The notes under the pieces: generated by a model
Told to the model about the DNA's origin: nothing
Seen by the model: the letters and a program-made list of their open reading frames with translations, nothing else
Databases searched by the model: none
In this document: one piece after another, positions 56,101 to 64,000 of the stretch
Layout of the letters: each line of letters begins with the position of its first letter
Numbering within the stretch: the first letter of the stretch is position 1
Assembly: GCF_009914755.1 (NCBI RefSeq)
Contig: NC_060933.1
DNA from: the human T2T-CHM13v2.0 reference genome, Homo sapiens
Reading direction: 5' to 3' (one strand)
Length of the DNA: 64,000 nt
Position numbers and translations under genes: made by a program

Positions 56101-59100
56101 TCAACTCCCTTACTCTCCATTACATTCCATTCCTTTCGGGTTGTTCCATTCCATTCCATTCCATTCCAATTCACTCCATTCCATTGCACTCGGGTTGATT
56201 CCATTCGATTCCATTCCATTCCATTCCATTCCGGATGATTCCATTCCATTGCATTCCGTTCCATTACATTCCCCTGCACTCGCGTTGATTCCATTCCATT
56301 CCATTCCATTCCATTCAATTCCATTCCATTACAATTCGTTCCATTCCATTCTATTCCGTACCATTCCATTCCATTCCATACCATTCCATTCCATTCCATT
56401 CCATTCCATTCCGTTCCATTCCGTTCCATTCCATTCCATTCCATTCTATTTGGGTTAATTCCATTCCATTCCATTCCATTCTATTCCATTCCATTGCAAT
56501 CGATTTGAATCCATTGCATTTCATTCCATTCCATTCCATTCCATTCCATTCCGGAAGATTCCATTCCATTGCATTCCATTCCATTCCATTCCCCTGCACT
56601 CGCGTTGATTCCATTCCATTCCATTCCATTCCATTCCATTCCGTTCCGTTCCGTTCCATTCCATTCCATTCCATTCCATTCCATTCCATTCCGTTCCGTT
56701 CCGTTCCATTCCATTCCATTCCATTCTATTCGGGTTAATTCCATTCCATTCCATTCGATTGCAATCGAGTTGATTACATTCCATTCCATTCCATTCCATT
56801 CCATTCCATTCCATTCCTTTCCATTCCATTACGGATGATTCCATTCCATTGCATTCCATTCCATTCCATTCCCCTGTACTCGGGTTGATTCCATTCCATT
56901 CCATTCCAATCCATGCCATTCCACTCGTGTTGATTCCATTCTTTCCATTCCATTCAAGTTGAATCCATTCCATTGCATTCCATTCCATTCGATTCTATTC
57001 GATTGCACTCGGGTTGATTCCATTCCATTCCATTCCATTCCATTCCATTCCATTCCATTCCGTTCCATTCCATTCCATTCGGATAGATTCTATTCAATTC
57101 CCTTACACTCCATTACATTCCATTCCATTCGGGTAGTTTCCATTCCATTCCATTCCATTCCTCTCCATTCCATTGCACTCGGGTTGATTCCATTCCATTC
57201 CATTCCATTCCATTCCATTCCATTCCATTCCATTCCGTTCCATTGTACTCGGGTTGATTCCATTCCATTGCATTCCATTCAATTCCATTCCATTCCATTC
57301 CGTTCCGTTCCATTCCATTACATTCTGATTGATTCTATTCAACTCCCTAATTCTCCATTACATTACATTCCATTCGGGTTGTTCCATTCCATTCCATTCC
57401 ATTCCACTCCATTCCATTGCACTCGGGTTGATTCCATTCCATTCCATTCCAATCCGGATGATTCCATTCCATTGCATTCCGTTCCATTACATTCCCCTGC
57501 ACTCGGGTTGATTCCATTCCATTCCACTCCATTCCATTCGATTCCATTCCATTCCAATTCTTTCCATTCCATTCTATTCCGTAACATTCCATTCCATTCC
57601 ATACAATTCCATTCCATTCCATTCCGCTCCGTTCCGTTCCGTTCCGTTCCGTTCCATTCCATTCCATTCCATTCTATTCGGTTTAATTCCATTCCATTCC
57701 ATTCCATTCTATTCCATTCCATTGCAATGGAGTTGAATCCATTGCATTCCATTCCATTCCATTCCATTCCATTCCATTCCATTCCATTCCGGAAGATTCC
57801 ATTCCATTGCATTCCATTGCATTCCATTCCATTCCATTCCATTCCATTCCATTCCATTCCATTTTACTCGGGTTGATTCCGTTCCATTGCATTCCATTCC
57901 ATTCCATTCCATTCCATTCCATTCCGTTCCATTCCATTCCATTACATTCGGATTGATTCTTTTCAACTCCCTTTCTCTCCATTACATTCCATTCCATTCG
58001 GGTTGTTCCATTCCATTCCTTTCCATTCCGCTCTATTCCATTGCACTCGGGTTGATTCCATTCCATTCCATTCCATTCCATTCCGGATGATTCCATTCCA
58101 TTGCATTCCGTTCCATTACATTCCCCTGCACTCGGGTTGATTCCATTCCATTCCATTCCATTCCATTCCATTCCATTCCCCTGCACTCGCGTTGATTCCA
58201 TTCCATTCCATTCCATTCCATTCCATTCCATTCCTTTCCATTCCAGTCCTTTCCATTCCATTCCACTCGGGTTGATTCCATTCTATTAGTTTCCATTCCA
58301 TTCCATTCCCTTCCATTCCACTCTGGTTGATTCCATTCCTTTCCATTCCACTCGAATACATTCCCTCCTATTCCACTCGGAACGATTCCATTCCATTCCA
58401 TTCCATTCCATTCCATTCCATTCCATTCCATTCCATTTCGTTGCATTCCATTCTATTCCGTATCATTCCATTCCATTCCATTCCATTCCATTCCATTCCA
58501 TTCCACTCGTGTTGATTCCATTCCTTTCCATTCCATTCGGTTTGAAGGCATTCCATTCCATTCCATTCCATTCCACTCCATTCCATTCCATTCCATTCTA
58601 TTCCATTGTACTCGGGTTGATTCCATTCCATTGCATTCCATTCCATTCCATTCCATTCCTTTCCATTCCGTTGCATTACATTCCATTACATTCGGATTGA
58701 TTCTATTCAACTCCCTTACTCTCCATTACATTGCATTCCATTCGGGTTGTTCCATTCCATTCCATTCCTTTCCATTCCACTCCATTCCATTGCACTCCGG
58801 TTTATTCCATTCCATTCCATTCCATTCCATTCCATTCCGGATGATTCCATTCGATTGCATTCCGTTCCATTACATTCCCCTGCACTCGCGTTGATTCCAT
58901 TCCATTCCATTCCATTCCATTCCATCCATTCCGTTCCGTTCCGTTCCATTCCATTCCATTCCATTCTATTCGGGTTAATTCCATTCCATTCCATTCCATT
59001 CCATTCCATTCTATTCCATTCCATTGCAATCGAGTTGAATCCATTGCATTTCATTCCATTCCATTCCATTCCATTCCATTCCATTCCATTCCGGAAGATT

Positions 59101-62100
59101 CCATTCCATTGCATTCCATTCCATTCCATTCCCCTGCACGCGCGTTGATTCCATTCCATTCCATTACATTCCATTCCATCCATTCCGTTCCGTTCCGTTC
59201 CATTCCATTCTATTCCATTCTATTCCATTCCGTTCCGTTCCATTCCATTCCATTCCATTCTATTCGGGTTGATTCCATTCCATTCCATTCCAATCCATGC
59301 CATTCCACTCGTGTTGATTCCATTCTTTCCATTCCATTCAAGTTGAATCCATTTCATTACATTCCATTCCATTGGATTCCATTCGATTGCACTCGGGTTG
59401 ATTCCATTACATTGCATTCCATTCCATTCCATTCCATTCCATTCCATTCCATTGCGTTCCGTTCCATTCCATTACATTCGGATTGATTCTATTCAATTCC
59501 CTTACACTCCATTACATTCCATTCCATTCGGGTAGTTTCCATTCCATTCCATTCCATTCCTCTCCATTCCATTGCACTCGGGTTGATTCCATTCCATTCC
59601 ATTCCATTCAATTCCATTCCGTTCCATTCCATTCCATTACATTCGGATTGATTCTATTCAACTCCCTTGTTCTCCATTACATTCCATTCAATTCGGGTTG
59701 TTCCATTCCATTCCTTTCCATTCCACTCCATTCCATTGCACTCGGGTTTATTCCATTCCATTCCATTCCATTCCATTCCATTCCATTCCATTCCATTCCG
59801 GAAGATTCCATTCCATTGCATTCCATTCCATTCCATTCCCCTGCACTCGCGTTGATTCCATTCCATTCCATTCCATTCCATTCCATTCCATTCCTTTCCG
59901 TTCCATTCCATTCCATTCCATTCCATTCCATTCCATTCCATTCCATTCCATTCCGGATGATTCCATTCCATTGCATTCCGTTCCATTACATTCCCCTGCA
60001 CTCGGGTTGATTCCATTCCATTCCTTTCCAATCCATGCCATTCCACTCGTGTTGGTTCCATTCTTTCCATTCCATTCAAGTTGAATCCATTCCATTGCAT
60101 TCCATTCCATTCCATTCCCCTGCAGTCGGGTTGATTCCATTCCATTCCATTCCATGCCATTCCATTCCATTCCATTCCGTTCCGTTCCATTCCATTCCAT
60201 TCTATTCGGGTTAATTCCATTCCATTCCATTCGATTGCAATCGAGTTGATTCCATTCCATTCCATTCCATTCCATTCCATTCCATTCCATTCCATTCCGT
60301 TCCTTTCCATTCCATTACGGATGATTCCATTCCATTGCATTCCATTCCATTCCATTCCCCTGTACTCGGGTTGATTCCATTCCATTCCATTCCAATCCAT
60401 GCCATTCCACTCGTGTTGATTCCATTCTTTCCATTTCATTCAAGTTGAATCCATTCCATTGCATTCCATTCCATTCGATTCCATTCGATTGCACTCGGGT
60501 TGATTCCATTCCATTTCATTCCATTCCATTCCATTCCATTCCATTACATTCGGATTGATTCTATTCAATTCCCTTACACTCCATTACATTCCATTCCATT
60601 CGGGTAGTTTCCATTCCATTCCATTCCATTCCTCTCCATTCCACTGCACTCGGGTTGATTCCATTCCATTGCATTCCATTCCATTCCATTCAATTCCATT
60701 CCGTTCCATTCCATTCCATTACATTCGGATTGATTCTATTCAACTCCCTTACTCTCCGTTACATTCCATTCCATTCGGGTGGTTCCATTCCATTCCATTC
60801 CATTCCACTCCATTCCATTGCACTCGGGTTGATTCCATTCCATTCCATTCCATTCTATTCCATTCCATTCCATTACAATCGAGTTGATTCCATTCCATTC
60901 CATTCTATTCCAGTCCTTTCCATTCCATTCCACTCGGGTTGATTCCATTCTATTAGTTTCCATTCCATTCCATTCCCTTCCATTCCACTCTTGTTGATTC
61001 CATTCCTTTCCATTCCACTCGAATACATTCCCTCCTATTCCACTCGGAACGATTCCATTCCATTCCATTCCATTCCATTCCATTCCATTCCATTGCATTC
61101 CATTCCATTCCATTCCATTCCATTTCGTTCCATTCCATTCTATTCCGTATCATTCCATTCCTTTCCATTCCATTCCATTCCATTCCATTCCATTCCATTC
61201 CATTGTACTCGGGTTGATTCCATTCCATTGCATTCCATTCCATTCCATTCCATTCCATTCCTTTCCGTTCCATTCCATTACATTCTGATTGATTCTTTTC
61301 AACTCCCTTACTCTCCATTACATTCCATTCCATTCGGATTGTTCCATTCCATTCCATTCCATTCCACTCCATTCCATTGCACTCGGGTTGATTCCATTCC
61401 ATTCCATTCCATTCCATTCCGGATGATTCCATTCCATTGCATTCCGTTCCATTACATTCCCCTGCACTCGGGTTGATTCCATTCCATTCCATTCTATTCC
61501 ATTCGATACCATTCCATTCCCCTGCATTCGCGTTGATTCCATTCCATTCCATTCCATTCCATTCCATTCCATTCCATTCCATTCCATTATATTCCATTCC
61601 ATTCCTTTCCATTCCAGTCCTTTCCATTCCATTCCACTCAGGTTGATTCCATTCTATTAGTTTCCAATCCATTCCATTCCCTTCCATTCCACTCTGCTTG
61701 ATTCCATTCCTTTCCATTCCACTCGAATACATTCCCTCCTATTCCACTCGGGACGATTCCATTCCAGTCCATTCCATTCCATCCCGTTCCATTCCATTCC
61801 ACTCGTGTTGATTCCATTCCTTTCCATTCCATTCGGTTTCAAGGCATTCCATTCCATTCCATTCCATTACATTCCATTCCATTCCATTCCATTCCTTTCC
61901 ATTTCATTGTACTCGGGGTGATTCCATTCCATTGCATTCCATTCCATTCCATTCCATTCCATTCCGTTGCATTCCATTCCATTACATTCGGATTGATTCT
62001 ATTCAACTCCCTTACTCTCCATTATATTCCATTCCATTCCATTCCATTCCATTCCATTCCATTCCATTCCTTTCCATTTCATTGTACTCGGGGTGATTCC

Positions 62101-64000
62101 ATTCCATTGCATTCCATTCCATTCCATTCCATTCCATTCCATTCCATTCCGCTGCATTCCATTCCATTACATTCGGATTGATTCTATTCAACTCCCTTAC
62201 TCTCCATTTCATTCCATTCCATTCGGGTTGTTCCATTCCATTCCATTCCATTCCATTCCACTCCATTCCATTGCACTCGGGTTGATTCCATTCCATTCCA
62301 TTCCATTCCATTCCATTCCATTCCGGATGATTCCATTCCATTGCATTCCGTTCCATTACATTCCCCTGCACTCGCGTTGATTCCATTCCATTCCATTCCA
62401 TTCAATTCCATTCCATTACAATTCGTTCCATTCCATTCTATTCCGTACCATTCCATTCCATTCCATACCATTCCATTCCATTTCATTCCATTCCATTCCG
62501 TTCCATTCCGTTCCATTCCATTCCATTCCATTCCATTCTATTCGGGTTAATTCCATTCCATTCCATTCCATTCCATTCCATTCTATTCCATTCCATTGCA
62601 ATCGAGTTGAATCCATTGCATTTCATTCCATTCCATTCCATTCCATTCCATTCCATTCCGGAAGATTCCATTCCATTGCATTCCATTCCATTCCATTCCC
62701 CTGCACTCGCGTTGATTCCATTCCATTCCATTCCATTCCATTCCATTCCATTCCGTTCCGTTCCATTCCATTCCATTCCATTCCATTCCATTCCGTTCCG
62801 TTCCATTCCATTCCATTCCATTCTATTCGGGTTAATTCCATTCCATTCCATTCGATTGCAATCGAGTTGATTCCATTCCATTCCATTCCATTCCATTCCA
62901 TTCCATTCCATTCCTTTCCATTCCATTACAGATGATTCCATTCCATTGTATTCCATTCCATTCCATTCCCCTGTACTCGGGTTCATTCCATTCCATTCCA
63001 TTCAAATCCATGCCATTCCACTCGTGTTGATTGCATTCTTTCCATTCCATTCAAGTTGAATCCATTCCATTGCATTCCATTCCATTCGATTCCATTCCAT
63101 TCCATTCCGTTCCATTCCATTTCATTACATTCAGATTGATTCTATTCAATTCCCTTACACTCCATTATATTCCAATCCATTCTGGTTGTTTCCATTCCAT
63201 TCCATTCCATTTCACTCCATTCCATTGCACTCGGGTTGATTCCATTCCATTCCATTCCATTGCATTCCATTCCATTCCATTCCGTATGATTCCATTCCAT
63301 TGCATTCCTTTCCATTCCATTCCCCTGCAATCGGGTTGATTCCATTCCATTCCATTCCATTACATTCCGTTCCATTCCATTCCATTCCATTCGGATTGAT
63401 TCTATTCAATTCCCTTACACTCCATTACATTCCATTCCATTCGGGTAGTTTCCATTCCATTCCATTCCATTCCTCTCCATTCCATTGCACTCGGGTTGAC
63501 TCCATTCCATTGCATTCCATTCCATTCCATTCAATTCCATTCCGTTCCATTCCATTCCATTACATTCGGATTGATTCTATTCAACTCCCTTACTCTCCAT
63601 TACATTCCATTCCATTCGGGTTGTTCCATTCCATTCCATTCCATTCCACTCCATTCCATTGCACTCGGGTTGATTCCATTCCATTCCATTCCATTCCATT
63701 CCATTCCATTCCATTCCATTACAATCGAATTGATTCCATTCCATTCCATTCTATTCCAGTCCTTTCCATTCCATTCCACTCGGGTTGAATCCATTCTATT
63801 AGTTTCCATTCCATTCCATTCCCTTCCATTCCACGCTTGTTGATTCCATTCCTTTCCATTCCACTCGAATACATTCCCTCCTATTCCACTCGGAACGATT
63901 CCATTCCATTCCATTCAATTCCATTCCATTCCATTCCATTTCGTTCCATTCCATTCTATTCCGTATCATTCCATTCCATTCCATTCCATTCCATTCCATT

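Larger units (their letters stand above)
25755..64000 (-). repeat. Human Satellite III (HSat3) array, right arm, inverted (ATTCC on +, GGAAT on -)
   Basis: Continuous (ATTCC)n with ACTCGGGTTG, AATCGAGTTG and ATTCGGGTTAA, the reverse complements of the left-arm motifs. No further orientation switch seen to the window end. Confidence 0.97.

Noticed and set aside
60-63999. Hundreds of ORFs (up to 447 aa at 7473..8816) encoding poly-WNGME or poly-FHSIP
   Set aside because: GGAAT repeats contain ATG and no stop codon in any frame, so overlapping ORFs in all six frames are expected. There is no domain or gene context. Poly-WNGME is the peptide described for the SCA31 (TGGAA)n repeat, but nothing here shows translation.
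1-64000. CRISPR-like or other repeat-spacer system (recurring CAACCCGAGT with variable intervals)
   Set aside because: The intervals are pentamer runs rather than unique spacers, and there are no cas genes or leader.
1-64000. HSat2, alpha satellite/CENP-B boxes, EWS-FLI1 GGAA microsatellites, G-quadruplex tracts
   Set aside because: No dominant CATTCGATTC/CATCATCG HSat2 pattern and no 171-bp monomers. Repeats are pentameric rather than (GGAA)n, and runs of 3 or more G are isolated.

Overview
The whole 64 kb is human-type Satellite III (HSat3): a (GGAAT)n/(ATTCC)n pentamer matrix with about 20 recurring short non-pentamer motifs (e.g. CAACCCGAGT, CAACTCGATT, TTAACCCGAAT, GAGTAAGGGAGTTG). No credible protein-coding gene, RNA gene, transposon or CRISPR array is present, and all six-frame ORFs are read-throughs of the pentamer (poly-WNGME / poly-FHSIP). 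The main structural feature is one clean strand inversion at 25755-25758. GGAAT lies on + to the left and on - to the right, joined through a self-complementary 4-bp TGCA microhomology with no inserted sequence. The two flanks form an imperfect inverted repeat with a 140-bp spacer, and a private (GTAAT)10 expansion lies 350 bp away. The array also holds about 32 perfect three-unit heat-shock elements (GGAATCTTCC[G/A]GAAT), a recurrent 14-bp perfect palindrome, and nested duplications from 60 bp to several kb, including a ~2.67-kb period seen on both sides of the inversion. The motif content resembles the chr9q12-type SatIII from memory, which is unverified. I do not see evidence of a new gene system; the candidate novelty is structural and regulatory. 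All counts and alignments were made by eye.
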